NCBI RefSeq assembly: GCF_048403405.1
Contig: NZ_CP183129.1
Source: Escherichia coli
GTDB lineage: Bacteria; Pseudomonadota; Gammaproteobacteria; Enterobacterales; Enterobacteriaceae
Strand: one strand, 5' to 3'
DNA: 64,000 bases
Below the pieces are notes generated by a model that worked only from the letters and a program-made list of their open reading frames with translations, made no database searches and was not told the DNA's origin. Below, one piece after another: positions 36,784-48,597 of this stretch. Made by a program: the position numbers and the translations under genes. The first letter of the stretch is position 1. Each line of letters starts with the position of its first letter.

Positions 36784-38598
36784 CTACTCTCCCTGTTGTC
36801 TGGCTGACGGCAGTTTGGCCGCTTTATTAACGTCATACCACCAGGTATCGATACCCAGGCTGTAAACAGGGCGTACAGCGGGTTGGGAGAATTTATCCCA
36901 CCAGGCGAGACGGTCTTCCGCCATGTACCACATTGGCAGCATGTAATAATTCCACGTTAATACGCGATCCAGTGCTCGCCCCAACGGCAGTAATTTTTCT
37001 TTATTTCCCTGCGCGGCAATAATTTGGTTGATCAGCGAGTCGATAACCGGGCTTTGCACGCCGGGGGCATTATAAGTGGAATTGATATATTCCGATGACC
37101 AGGAAATCTGTAAATCGGAACTGGGCCACGGCATCGCCCGCCATACGCGCGGCATCATGTCATAGTCGCGACTGCGCATGCGGTTGGTGATTTGCGAGTT
37201 ATCCACTTTGCGAATGTCCATGTTGATACCCAGCCGTTGCAGGCTGTGCTGGAACGGCAATACCCACTGACTATTGCTGCTCGAAGGTAGCAATAACTCA
37301 AAGCTGAGCGGCTGACCCGTTGTGGCATTTACGCGTTGCTGACCCTTCAGCACCCAGCCCGCTTCGTTGAGAAGTTTGTCGGCTTTTAACAGGTTGTCAC
37401 GATCGTAGCCATCGCCTTTGGATACCGGCGGCTGGTAGATTTGCGTGAAGACTTCTGGCGGTAGATCTTTTTTCATTGGTGCCAGAAGCACCAGCTCCGC
37501 GGCGTCGGGGTAATTTCTGGCCGCGTATTCGGTATTCTGAAAATAACTGTTCGTGCGACTCCAGGCATTGTAAAACAACGCTTTGTTCATCCATTCAAAG
37601 TCAAAGGCGAGAGTGATCGCTTCCCGCACCCGGCGATCGCTGAATACCGGACGTTGGATATTAAACGCCAGCCAGCGCGTATCCTGGGCTGATTCGTTCT
37701 TTTGCTCATCTTTGATGATGTATTTCTTATCGAAATTTTTACCGGTATAGCGCGTGGCCCAGTTTTTGGCGTCGTTTTCCATACGCAAATCAAAGGCACC
37801 GGCTTTAAACGCTTCAAAGGCGACATTATCATCGAGGTAATAATCGTAGCGAATGGTGTCGAAATTCCAGCGTCCACGGTTTACCGGTAAGTTTGCTGCC
37901 CAGTAATCTTTCACGCGGGAATAGACAATATTTTGCCCCATTTTCCAGGACGTAATTCGGTACGGACCACTGGCAAGCGGAGGCGTGGCGAGCGGGTCGC
38001 TAAGTTTGTGATTCTTCCAGTACTTTTCTGGAAACACCGGCAGCGAAAACAGACTCAGCATATCTTCTTTGCCGGGTTTAGCTAACTCAATGCGCACGGT
38101 TAACGGCGCAATGGCTTTGACGGTGGTGCCTTTGTAGACCAGACGAAATTGCGGCACGCCTTCGGTCATAAATTTTTGAAAAGTAAACTCTACATCGCGG
38201 GCAGTAATGGGCGAACCATCATGAAAACGGGCGAGCGGATTAATAGCGACCTCCACCCAGGAATAATCGTCAGCATAGCGTGCACTTTCAGCAATCAGCG
38301 GGTAATAACTGCCTGGTTCGTCATCGGAAGTTGTAAATAGCGTGTCGTACAGCTGCTCGGTGCGTGCGCCCGGGTTGCCGCGCAGTGCATAGCGGTTGAA
38401 ATTATCGAAGGTGCCGAGGGCTGACAACGTTATCTGCCCCCCTTTTGGCGCGGCGGGGTTCACATAATCAAAATGGTTGAAATTAAACGCGTACCGGGGT
38501 TCGCCCAGCACGGCAAAGGCATAGCTTTCCTTGATAGCCTGCGCCTGCGCACCAAAGGTGAACAGAGCGATAAACAGCAGCAGTATGCGCACAATCAT
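36784..38598 (-). CDS. yejA: Periplasmic oligopeptide-binding protein YejA
   Basis: About 604 aa with signal peptide [19 protein letters not shown]; the start could be two codons upstream at 38604. Confidence 0.85.
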
Positions 38599-38679
38599 CT
38601 GCAACGGATTTCCTTTTACTCATCATTAGCCGCAATCCGGCATGCTTTCACTATGAATAATAAGGGACGTAAGCACACC

Positions 38680-40236
38680 TTACCACTGCGGCGTATACGG
38701 TTTCTTCAGCCAGCGGACAAAATCGTCCAGCGGTAACGGGCGACTAATCCAGTAGCCTTGCATGAAATTAACGCCGCGTTCGCTTAGCCATCGCGCCTGT
38801 TCCGGCGTTTCGACCCCTTCAGCAACCGTCAGCATATTGAGACGTTTCGCCAGCGTCAGCACCGCGTCAAGTACGGGTGAAGTGATCGTTTCCGTACCGA
38901 TGGCGTTGATAAATCCACGGTCAATTTTCAGATAATCGAGCGTAAAACGCTCAAGGTAGATAAGCGCGCTGTGCCCGGTACCGAAGTCATCAATAGCAAT
39001 TTCTACGCCGACCGAGTGTAGCCAGGCAAAGAGTTGCGTGGCTTCTTGCTCTTTCAGCATATCGCGCTCGGTAATTTCCAGCACAATCTGGAAATGGTGT
39101 GCGGGCAGGGAAGTGAGCAGTTTCTGGATATCTGCTTTAAAGCTTTCGCTGTGCAGATGGTCCGGCGCAATGTTAATGCCAAATTTGACGCCTACCGGCA
39201 GTACTTTTTCTAATTCTGCGGCATCGCGGGCAATCAACTCAAACAGGTGCTGAGTCAGTGGCACAATCATCTTTTGCGATTCGGCAAAGTTAATGAAGGC
39301 ATCCGGGGGTATTTCTCCCGCGACAGGATGCCGCCAGCGTAGCAGTACTTCCAGGCCCGTTACTCGCAAAGATTGTGTATCCACCACCGGTTGATACGCC
39401 ACGTAAAATTGTTCGCGCTTGATGGCGGTCATGATTTCTCTGCCGGGGCGCATACGTACGCTCATCAGGTAATAGCAGAGCAGGCCAACGACAGTTCCAC
39501 TCATGCCGCCCAGTAAAAATGCGTACCACACATCGTTCCATGTCCAGTCATCTGCATAAAGCCGAACGGTCAGAGGAATGCCCGCAATTTTAGTTTCACG
39601 GACCGGCATGTCGGTTAATTCATTAACGTTCATCAAACGTGAAGAAAAGGTAGATAGCGCAGTATTGCCAATAATGAGGGCGACGCCATCGTAATCTTCC
39701 TGCCGTGAACTATAAAAGAGAGAAGGCGTCAGATTGAGATTCAGAGCGGCAAACACGCCGCTATTTTTCAGCAAAGGGTTGCGATACCAGATGACGATTG
39801 CGGGTTTGTTCGGCACCATCGGCGTGCCGGGTAAGATCGCCATATCGACGTTTTTATTAATGTCGAGCGCCGGAATCAATTCATTGAGTGGAATGTCCAT
39901 CTCACCAGTCGCAGATGAACAGAATGTTTTTTTATCTTTTACCAGCACAAACGTACGGACATTCATGCTAAATGCCGCGCGGGCAGTCAGTTCGGGGTTA
40001 GCCTGCTGGCAGGTATCTAAGGTCAGCGGCTGGAGCCGGTCAGTAGTGGATTTCAGGTCGGCAAAATAGGTATCGAGATATTTTTGTACGTCGGTAATCA
40101 GTGTGTCGTATTTGACTTCGTGCTTATGCCAGGCCACTAAAAACTGAAGGCAGCTCACCAGTATCGCAATCATCACGCCTGCAACAATGCAGGTAAGCAG
40201 GAGCTTACGTCCAGAATTGGGAGCGCGTATGAACAT
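38680..40236 (-). CDS. pdeN: c-di-GMP phosphodiesterase Rtn/PdeN (CSS sensor plus EAL domain)
   Basis: 518 aa; N-terminal TM, periplasmic domain, second TM, C-terminal EAL domain. Confidence 0.85.
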   Translation of the reverse strand: MFIRAPNSGRKLLLTCIVAGVMIAILVSCLQFLVAWHKHEVKYDTLITDVQKYLDTYFADLKSTTDRLQPLTLDTCQQANPELTARAAFSMNVRTFVLVKDKKTFCSSATGEMDIPLNELIPALDINKNVDMAILPGTPMVPNKPAIVIWYRNPLLKNSGVFAALNLNLTPSLFYSSRQEDYDGVALIIGNTALSTFSSRLMNVNELTDMPVRETKIAGIPLTVRLYADDWTWNDVWYAFLLGGMSGTVVGLLCYYLMSVRMRPGREIMTAIKREQFYVAYQPVVDTQSLRVTGLEVLLRWRHPVAGEIPPDAFINFAESQKMIVPLTQHLFELIARDAAELEKVLPVGVKFGINIAPDHLHSESFKADIQKLLTSLPAHHFQIVLEITERDMLKEQEATQLFAWLHSVGVEIAIDDFGTGHSALIYLERFTLDYLKIDRGFINAIGTETITSPVLDAVLTLAKRLNMLTVAEGVETPEQARWLSERGVNFMQGYWISRPLPLDDFVRWLKKPYTPQW

Positions 40237-40416
40237 GATTCCGTTAATTTCCTGAAATTACGACAACATTTAAAAGATAACAATGACCGGACTATAGCCT
40301 GGATCAAGACGCGGAAACATCATTTTCTCTGATGAATGAAAACAAAAAAGCACTGCCTAAGCAGTGCTTTCAGTTAACTCGTCAGGATAGCCAAGGGATT
40401 GCATCCAAACGGTTTA

Positions 40417-40983
40417 TTAGCTGCGGCTGAGAACCCGGCGTGCTTCGTTGTAACGCTTCTTCCAGTACGGTTCATTCATGCTGGAAATAATAACACCACT
40501 GCTGGTGGAAGCATGGACAAACTGATTGTTGCCGATATAAATACCGACATGGCGTCCCGTTGAACCGGCACGGAACAGAACTAAATCACCCGTACGCAAA
40601 TTACTGCGGGAAACAGATTTACCCATTTCCTGCTGTTCGTAAGTCGAACGCGGAAGTTCTAAGCCAAATTGCTCACGGAATGTACGCTGTACGAAACCAG
40701 AACAATCGATACCTTTTTTAGTGCTGCCGCCCAGGCGATAACGTACGCCTTTCCAGTCAGCATACTGATCCATAATTCGCGATTTTACGTCGACATTACG
40801 AACCAGGTTTTCAAATTCATCCTGAGAAGCTTGCAGTGATGATGTTTCACTACCCACTGCACGTGTCTCAGGATGCATATTCTTTGCGGTGTTATTTGCA
40901 CTACATGCAGAAAGCAGAACCGCTACTGCAATCGCGGGAATCCCGCGCAAGATATATCTCAAAATCGGTTGAGATTTGACCAT
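40417..40983 (-). CDS. mepS: Peptidoglycan DD-endopeptidase MepS (Spr), NlpC/P60 lipoprotein
   Basis: 188 aa; lipobox LSAC; catalytic DCSGFVQ. Confidence 0.9.
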
Positions 40984-41394
40984 GTTGTTTGTTTTCCCTT
41001 GAAGTCCTTAACGACAAATATCGTTATAAAAAAATGCCAAGCGACACGAGACTAATTACCTGGGCATGTTGAAACAATTCCTTAAGGCCAAATCTGTGGA
41101 CTAACGCACAAAATTATATGCTGTGAGGATAATCTACCGCCGAGGCAAAACGAGTTCGAGATTACCCGATTGGTGCGGTCTTGGCGAGCGGTTTTACATG
41201 ATTTTTTATAAGAAAAAGTGATACAGAAAGTTAATAAGCGGGATTGGTCAATTAAAGTACGATTGAGTGAAGCGCATGCAATCCATTCATTTACTTAGAG
41301 AATGATTTTTGCGTTCGATAGATGAAAGCACGGTGCGCATCATCAGGATTATCCTCACTATAAAAATAACCCTGATGATGTTAATTACTGTGAG

Positions 41395-42108
41395 TTATTT
41401 GTTTTGGAAATGTTTGTTTTTTCCCGGTAGTGATTTGTCAAAAAAGGTGATTAATCGATCACTTAATGGCGTCAGCAACACCCAGGGCAAACCGATCAAT
41501 ATCACGGTCATCGAACCTACAATGATGTCAGTAAACCAGTGTGCGCCAATCATTACTCTGGGAAATGCAAAAACCACAAAAATAATAAGGGCGATAAGGC
41601 CTGCAACTTTGCCGAAATAACGCCACATGAATGCCGAAAAAATAAGCAGCATCATACCGTGATCACCGGGAAAGCTATCTCGTGAGGCATCTTTCGTGGG
41701 GACAGAGAGCAGTTCGCTGACGCGGTTAATATTGGTAAAAGTCAATGTTGGGCTGGCCCGTTTTACAGGAATTAATGCCTGACCCAGCTGGTTTAATACC
41801 ACTGCAGTTAATAGCATGACCAGACCAATAATCACGATACGTCGTCTGCCAGGGGCGTTTTCTTTCAGCCAGAAACTCAGCATCAACATTCCCATCGCCA
41901 GCAGAGAACAACCGTCGAAAGCGCGATTGTTGGTCAATGCAACCAGCCACAAAAAGGCCTTACTTTCGACCAGTTTCTGATTAAAGAAATAAAAAATATC
42001 CGCATCAATCGGCAACCAGAATCCATGATTAACGGGAATATACCAGGAAAGAAACAGCGCGAGGCCGACAATATTCAACAACACTATTTGCGGCAAATTT
42101 TTAATCAT
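41395..42108 (-). CDS. lpxT: Lipid A 1-diphosphate synthase LpxT (YeiU), PAP2 family
   Basis: 237 aa from the internal ATG (MIKNLPQIVLLNIV...). Confidence 0.85.
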   Translation of the reverse strand: MIKNLPQIVLLNIVGLALFLSWYIPVNHGFWLPIDADIFYFFNQKLVESKAFLWLVALTNNRAFDGCSLLAMGMLMLSFWLKENAPGRRRIVIIGLVMLLTAVVLNQLGQALIPVKRASPTLTFTNINRVSELLSVPTKDASRDSFPGDHGMMLLIFSAFMWRYFGKVAGLIALIIFVVFAFPRVMIGAHWFTDIIVGSMTVILIGLPWVLLTPLSDRLITFFDKSLPGKNKHFQNK

Positions 42109-42146
42109 ATTTTCTCTAATTATCTTACTGAAAAACGCAGGCAACC

Positions 42147-43133
42147 TTACGCGGTAGTCGCTAAACGAAGCTTCAACAGCGCGCTCTGCAAGGCATTCCA
42201 GTCAGCTTCGCTGCTGGAAATCAGCTCAATACGACTGTCCGGTGGCGCAACGTTTTGCGTTTCAATGTGCAGGTCATCGCCCTGACGGTTGATTCGCACC
42301 AGCCCTTCGGGAATACGCATCACGCCTTTGACGCGTTCCACCGGTGCAAGTCGCGCCCATTCCAGAATGCCAATGGTGTCGAATACCGTATCAGCGTCGA
42401 ATATCCAGCCACAAGCCTGATGCCCTTGTCCGCTGTTCAGACTGCGACGCCAGCGTTGATGCTCTGGCAGGCTTAACGCTGCTAACCCTTTTTTCACGCT
42501 ATGATGATGAGAATGTGCGGCGCTGGCGGGCAACTCGGCTAAATTGCGACGCGGCAAATCCAGAAGATGACCGTCAATTTTCCCATGCTCGCTGTGAATT
42601 AATTGCCGATCGCCACCATTTTGCTGCCACCAGCGCTGTAGCGCTTGCTCACTTTCGGGCGTCGCACGGTCGGATTTATTGGCGACAATAATGTCTGCGG
42701 CAGCCAGCTGGTCACGGAAGTTTTCATTGCTGGCGCTTTTTTCGTCCAGCAGCAGGCGTGGATCGAGAATGCACAACGTGGCGCGCAGATCTATCCACGG
42801 TTCATAGACTGGTGCGGTTAAGAGATCGAGGATTTGTTTCGGATGGCCCAGCCCGGTCGGCTCTATCAACAAGCGGTCTGGTTTTCCCTGACGCAGTAAG
42901 GTATTCAATCCTACCTGCATGGGTAAACCATTAACGCAGCACATGCAGCCGCCGGGGATCTCTTTCAGCAATGCGCCGCTATCGGCGAGCAAAGCACCAT
43001 CAATTCCGACTTCCCCAAATTCATTAACCAGTACCGCCCATCTTTCGTTGGGATCTTTATGGGCTAACAGATGAAGAATCGACGTAGTTTTCCCGCTGCC
43101 GAGAAAACCGGTGATGAGGTTGGTCCTGGTCAC
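42147..43133 (-). CDS. yeiR: CobW/COG0523-family zinc-binding GTPase YeiR
   Basis: 328 aa; P-loop GFLGSGKTT; CxCC motif GGCMCC. Confidence 0.85.
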   Translation of the reverse strand: MTRTNLITGFLGSGKTTSILHLLAHKDPNERWAVLVNEFGEVGIDGALLADSGALLKEIPGGCMCCVNGLPMQVGLNTLLRQGKPDRLLIEPTGLGHPKQILDLLTAPVYEPWIDLRATLCILDPRLLLDEKSASNENFRDQLAAADIIVANKSDRATPESEQALQRWWQQNGGDRQLIHSEHGKIDGHLLDLPRRNLAELPASAAHSHHHSVKKGLAALSLPEHQRWRRSLNSGQGHQACGWIFDADTVFDTIGILEWARLAPVERVKGVMRIPEGLVRINRQGDDLHIETQNVAPPDSRIELISSSEADWNALQSALLKLRLATTA

Positions 43134-43250
43134 AACGGCTCCGCAATACTCTTAAAAGTTAACTGAGCGTTAATCCTGGCTAAAAAAGGCAGAAAAGAGA
43201 AGGGGGGAGCGGACGAAGGCGAGCTTCATCCGCTTTAACCGCAGAAATCG

Positions 43251-44717
43251 TTAAATTTTGAGGGTGTTTAATAGCGCCTGATGCGCGCCGAATTGTGCGA
43301 TTTGTTGCCAGGCTTGTTCGATAGCCTGCACAAAATGCGGGTTATCTGGCAGATCATCACCGAAAACTTCACGCAGGGAAAGCAGGGCGGTGACGCGTTG
43401 TTCACTGCTACTGCCCGCAACAAGTTCGCGAATTTTATCGCTAAGCGGATCGCGAACATCAATGGCATTTCCGGCATCATCAACGCCGCTGACGTAACGC
43501 ATCCAGCCTGCAACGCCTAATGCCAGCAACGACCAGTCCGTTTCGCGCGCCAGATGTATGCGAATACCTGCCAGCATACGTTGCGGTAATTTCTGGCTAC
43601 CATCCATTGCGATTTGCCAGGTCTTATGTTTCAGCGCCGGGTTAGCAAAACGTGCAATTAACTTATCCGCATATTGTGTTAAATCGACATCTTTAATTCG
43701 CAGTGTTGGCGCTTGCTCATCCAGCATTAATGTTCTGGCGGCATGGCGAAATGCGCGATCCTGCATGCAATCACTGATATGGGCGAATCCTGAGAGGTAA
43801 CCCAGATAAGCGAGAAAAGAGTGGCTGCCATTAAGCATACGCAGTTTCATCTCTTCCCATGGCAGGACATCATTCACCATTTGTACACCTGCGACTTCCC
43901 AGGCAGGACGCCCAGCGACGAAGTTATCTTCCACCACCCACTGGATAAACGGTTCGCAGCTAATCGCGCAGGGATCATTCACCCCCAGATGCTGGCTGAT
44001 TTCCGCTAGTGATTCGTCGGTTGCAGCCGGAACAATGCGGTCGACCATGGTTCCCGGAAAACTGACGTGTTCTTTTATCCACCCGGCGAGTTCTGGTGAA
44101 CGTTTTTCCGCCATCCCCAGCACCGCGTTTTTCACCACATGGCCATTGTCGGGAATATTGTCGCAGGAGAGTACGGTAAACGGTGCAAGGCCGCGTTCAC
44201 GGCGTCGTTTCAGTGCTTCGACGAGAATACCCGGCGCGGAGTGAGGTTCTTCAGGGTTTTGTAGATCGTGAATAATCCGCGGATTGCTGGTGTCGAGTGC
44301 ACCGGTGGCCGGGTCAATACAATAGCCTTTTTCGGTAATCGTCAGGGAAACAATTGCCACCTGTGGCTCGCAAAACTTCTCAATAATTGCCGCTAAGGAA
44401 TCCAGTTTTGCATTCAGGCATTCGTGAACGGCACCGACAATTATCGCCTGATTGCCGTCCGCCCCTTTCTCCAGCACGGTATATAAATGGTTCTGTGCGC
44501 GGAGCTGGCTCATCAGTTGATCGCCGCTGAACAAGCTGATTTCACAGATCCCCCAGTCGCCGCCCTGGGCATTCAGCACACGATCGGTCAGTAATGCCTG
44601 ATGTGCGCGGTGAAAGGCACCAAAGCCAAAATGAACGATACGTGATTGCAACTGCTGGCGATCGTAGCGTGGAGCGTGTACATGATGCGGGAGCGTAACG
44701 GAGGCGATTGTATTCAT
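43251..44717 (-). CDS. yeiQ: Mannitol dehydrogenase-family oxidoreductase YeiQ
   Basis: About 488 aa; NAD-binding N-terminus; full-length match. Confidence 0.85.
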   Translation of the reverse strand: MNTIASVTLPHHVHAPRYDRQQLQSRIVHFGFGAFHRAHQALLTDRVLNAQGGDWGICEISLFSGDQLMSQLRAQNHLYTVLEKGADGNQAIIVGAVHECLNAKLDSLAAIIEKFCEPQVAIVSLTITEKGYCIDPATGALDTSNPRIIHDLQNPEEPHSAPGILVEALKRRRERGLAPFTVLSCDNIPDNGHVVKNAVLGMAEKRSPELAGWIKEHVSFPGTMVDRIVPAATDESLAEISQHLGVNDPCAISCEPFIQWVVEDNFVAGRPAWEVAGVQMVNDVLPWEEMKLRMLNGSHSFLAYLGYLSGFAHISDCMQDRAFRHAARTLMLDEQAPTLRIKDVDLTQYADKLIARFANPALKHKTWQIAMDGSQKLPQRMLAGIRIHLARETDWSLLALGVAGWMRYVSGVDDAGNAIDVRDPLSDKIRELVAGSSSEQRVTALLSLREVFGDDLPDNPHFVQAIEQAWQQIAQFGAHQALLNTLKI

Positions 44718-44939
44718 AGGAGTCACGTCTTAGTAACGATTAATTAACAATGACAGTGTAAAGTTATATGACAGCAATTGAAATTGGTCTGGATTGTTAA
44801 TGCGATGAAGTGTGAGGGCGATCAATCAACGAGTGAATATTGCGGGCGTAAGGTGTTCAGGAAGCGCAAAATAGAAGATTGGTATAATAAATTAAAAAAG
44901 GGACAGCCTGAGCTATCCCTTTTCTGCATGCGGCTGAAG

Positions 44940-45512
44940 TTAGTCAGCACGCCCCATATAACGGCGTTCTTCGATATGGATACGAATTTTTTCGCCCGGG
45001 CTTAAGTATTCTGGTACCTGAATCACCAGACCAGTGCTCAATGTCGCCGGTTTGTTACGGGCGCTGGCAGATGCCCCTTTGATGCCAGGTGCGGTTTCAA
45101 CGATTTCCAGATCAACGGTCTGCGGCAGCTCAAGCGCCAGCAGTTGACCGTCCCAGGTCAGCACCTGCATGTCCGGCATGCCGCCCTCTGGCATAAACAG
45201 CAACTCTTCTTCAATCTGATCTTTGGTGAAGGTATACGGGGTATAGTCTTCTTTATCCATAAAGACATATTCGTTACCATCGACATAGGAGAAGTCAACG
45301 TAACGGCGGGTCAGAGTCACGGTGTCAACGATATCATCTCCTTTGAAACGCTCTTCTACTTTCAGCCCGGTACGGACATCAGAAAAACGCATTTTGTACA
45401 GCGTAGCGGCACCGCGGGCAGTGGGCGACTGAATATCAATGTCCTTAACCAGCAGCAGTTTGCCGTTGTAATTCAGTACCATACCTTTTTTAATTTCGTT
45501 CGCTCTTGGCAT
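44940..45512 (-). CDS. yeiP: Elongation factor P-like protein YeiP (EfpL)
   Basis: 190 aa from the internal ATG ([20 protein letters not shown]...). Confidence 0.85.
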
Positions 45513-45666
45513 CGAAAAATTCCTGTAGTCGAAAATGTCAAAAATATCGCGACAAAGTACTCGCGACGGGCCTTTCGGGCAAGTGGTATTCGCACTTTTG
45601 CTGGTGCAAAAAAGGTGGTACTGTGCGCGCTCATCAATCCGGTGGTTAACCTTAAGAGAACAACGT

Positions 45667-45921
45667 ATGGAATGCCGTCCGGGTTGCGGGGCGTGTTGCA
45701 CTGCCCCTTCAATTTCCAGCCCTATTCCCGGTATGCCAGATGGCAAGCCCGCCAATACGCCCTGCATTCAGCTTGATGAACAGCAACGCTGTAAAATTTT
45801 CACCTCGCCACTGCGACCGAAAGTTTGTGCGGGCTTACAAGCCAGCGCTGAAATGTGCGGTAACTCGCGTCAGCAGGCAATGACCTGGCTTATCGATCTG
45901 GAAATGCTGACCGCGCCTTAA
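45667..45921 (+). CDS. yeiW: UPF0153 Cys-cluster protein YeiW
   Basis: 84 aa ([15 protein letters not shown]...); 3' end overlaps the setB 3' end. Confidence 0.75.
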
Positions 45922-47099
45922 ACATCTTTAATCCGCAGTAAGCAAAACAGAGTGGCGATAATCATCACCATCGCAAACCAGAACACAGCGTGATAATTCC
46001 AGATCTCGGCGACGATGCCCGCCACTGATCCTGCGATGATCCAGCCCACGCGCGAAGTGTTGGTATAGAGCGTGGTGGCTGAACCTGCCTGACCGGGCAT
46101 CAAATCCTGAAAATAGAGCATCCCGATGCCGCCCAGAATGCCAATAAAAATAGCATTAAGCAGCTGCAAGCCCAACAGAATGACAGGTGAATGCGCCATC
46201 AGCATTCCTGCGTAAAAACAGACGCCACCCACGGCAGCAACGCGCATTAAGAAACGCTTACCCAAACGTTTGGCGAAATATCCGGCAATCAACATGGTCG
46301 GGATTTCCAGCCCGGCGGCGGTCCCCATCATCACACCGGCCAGTTTCTCGGGAAGATGCAGTTCGTTGATAATAAATAGCGGCATGTTGATGATGTACAG
46401 GCTGTTCGAGCCCCACATCAATGTACAAATGACAAACAGCAGCAGCGTATCGCGACGGTTACGGCGCGGCGCTTCAACCGTGCCGGTCGCCAGTGGAAGT
46501 TCTTTTTGCATCGACGGTAAAAACAGCCACACCATCACACCGCAAACAATAAACGCTACCGCTGCGCTCAGATACATTACCGTAAAGCTGAAACCCATCG
46601 CTAAGGCATAAGCCAGCGGCGGGCCAATGACCCATGCCAGTGAAACCTGAGCGCGTAAAAAAGAGCTGAACATCACCGCTTCACGTCCGGTTTTGTCAGC
46701 ATGTTCACGGGCGAGGGCAAACATTTGCGGGTTAGCAGTCGAGCCAAAGCTGCTAAGAAAGACGCCAACGAATAGCAAAACAAAGTAGTTGCGATTCCAG
46801 GCAAAAAGAGTGCAGGCCAGCACGCCTAACAGGCAGCAAAAGACAATCAGCGATTTGCGATCGCCGCGCTTATCAGAGCGCCCGGCGAGAAACTGACTTA
46901 CCAGAATCCCAATGACAGCGCTGCCGGTAAAGAAGAATCCCACCATCGCCGGGCGGGCATGTACTTCATCAGTAAGAAAAATACTGAGTGTCGGGGTTTG
47001 TAGAGCGCCCGCAATACCGGTGAGAAAGGCAACGATTAAAAACGCCATCGAGGTCAGGTCAAACGATTTCGCGCTGGAGACTGCGGGGGAGTTATGCAT
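45918..47099 (-). CDS. setB: Sugar efflux transporter SetB (MFS)
   Basis: 393 aa, 12-TM MFS. Confidence 0.9.
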
Positions 47100-47367
47100 G
47101 CTGGTCGATCACTGGAAGAGGAAGACGCGGAGTTTACGCTGCTTGTCAGAAAATAAACAGACAGCGAAATCAAAAGCGCCACGAATAATCAAAATGCCAT
47201 TTCACTGTTGCTGATTGGCTGCTGACGCTGCTGAAATGAAATTGCTGATAACGGATTTTCCCATCAGCAATTAGGAAAAATGACAAAAAATTGTGCAGCA
47301 CATCAAACTTTTGCTCATAACTTTACGGCTTTCCTTGCGTGCTGAAACAGAAGTATTATGCTTTCTT

Positions 47368-47379
47368 GAAACGTTTCAG
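47368..47379. promoter_or_regulatory. Cra (FruR) operator in the fruBKA promoter, distal site
   Basis: Palindrome TGAAACGTTTCA within cttgaaacgtttcagc, matching the Cra consensus. Confidence 0.65.
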
Positions 47380-47431
47380 CGCGATCTTGTCTTTAACCCT
47401 AAGCCAGGTTGGCGCTTTTTTTCTCATAGAA

Positions 47432-47452
47432 GCTGAATCGTTTCAATTCAGC
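47432..47452. promoter_or_regulatory. Cra (FruR) operator in the fruBKA promoter, proximal site
   Basis: gctgaatcgtttcaattcagc, about 15 bp upstream of the fruB ATG. Confidence 0.65.
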
Positions 47453-47466
47453 AAGAGAGGAGAACT

Positions 47467-48597
47467 ATGTTCCAGTTATCCGTACAGGACATCCATCCGG
47501 GCGAAAAGGCCGGAGACAAAGAAGAGGCGATTCGCCAGGTCGCTGCGGCGCTGGTGCAGGCCGGTAATGTAGCTGAAGGCTACGTCAATGGCATGCTGGC
47601 GCGCGAACAGCAAACCTCTACGTTCCTCGGCAATGGTATTGCTATTCCACACGGCACTACCGACACCCGCGATCAGGTGCTGAAAACCGGCGTTCAGGTA
47701 TTTCAGTTCCCGGAAGGCGTCACCTGGGGTGACGGCCAGGTAGCGTACGTGGCGATCGGTATTGCTGCCAGCTCGGATGAACATTTGGGCCTGCTACGCC
47801 AGCTGACCCACGTACTGAGCGATGATTCCGTTGCTGAACAACTGAAGTCAGCAACAACAGCAGAAGAACTTCGCGCATTGCTGATGGGCGAAAAGCAGAG
47901 TGAGCAGCTGAAGCTCGACAACGAAATGCTGACGCTGGATATCGTCGCCAGCGATCTGCTGACTCTTCAGGCGCTGAACGCTGCTCGTCTGAAAGAGGCG
48001 GGGGCAGTTGACGCCACTTTCGTCACCAAAGCCATCAATGAACAACCGCTGAACCTCGGACAGGGTATCTGGCTGAGCGATAGCGCCGAAGGCAATCTGC
48101 GTAGCGCGATTGCGGTAAGCCGTGCGGCAAATGCTTTTGATGTGGACGGCGAAACGGCAGCCATGCTGGTGAGTGTGGCGATGAATGACGATCAGCCCAT
48201 TGCGGTTCTAAAGCGTCTCGCTGATTTGTTACTCGACAATAAAGCTGACCGCTTGCTGAAAGCGGATGCGGCAACGTTGCTGGCGCTGCTGACCAGCGAT
48301 GATGCGCCGACCGACGACGTGTTAAGCGCGGAGTTTGTGGTGCGCAATGAACACGGCCTGCATGCTCGTCCAGGTACCATGCTGGTCAATACCATTAAAC
48401 AATTTAACAGTGATATTACCGTGACAAACCTTGATGGCACCGGCAAACCGGCAAACGGACGTAGTCTGATGAAAGTTGTGGCACTTGGCGTTAAGAAAGG
48501 TCATCGCCTACGCTTTACCGCCCAGGGTGCAGATGCTGAACAGGCGCTGAAAGCCATTGGCGACGCTATCGCTGCTGGTCTTGGGGAGGGCGCATAA
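47467..48597 (+). CDS. fruB: Fructose PTS multiphosphoryl transfer protein FruB (EIIA-M-FPr)
   Basis: 376 aa; EIIA motif GIAIPHG; C-terminal HPr-like domain with NEHGLHARP. Confidence 0.95.

Noticed and set aside
47339-47572. 77-aa ORF upstream of and overlapping fruB as a leader peptide.
   Set aside because: It spans both Cra operators and the fruB start, has no ribosome-binding context, and the region is explained by the fru promoter.
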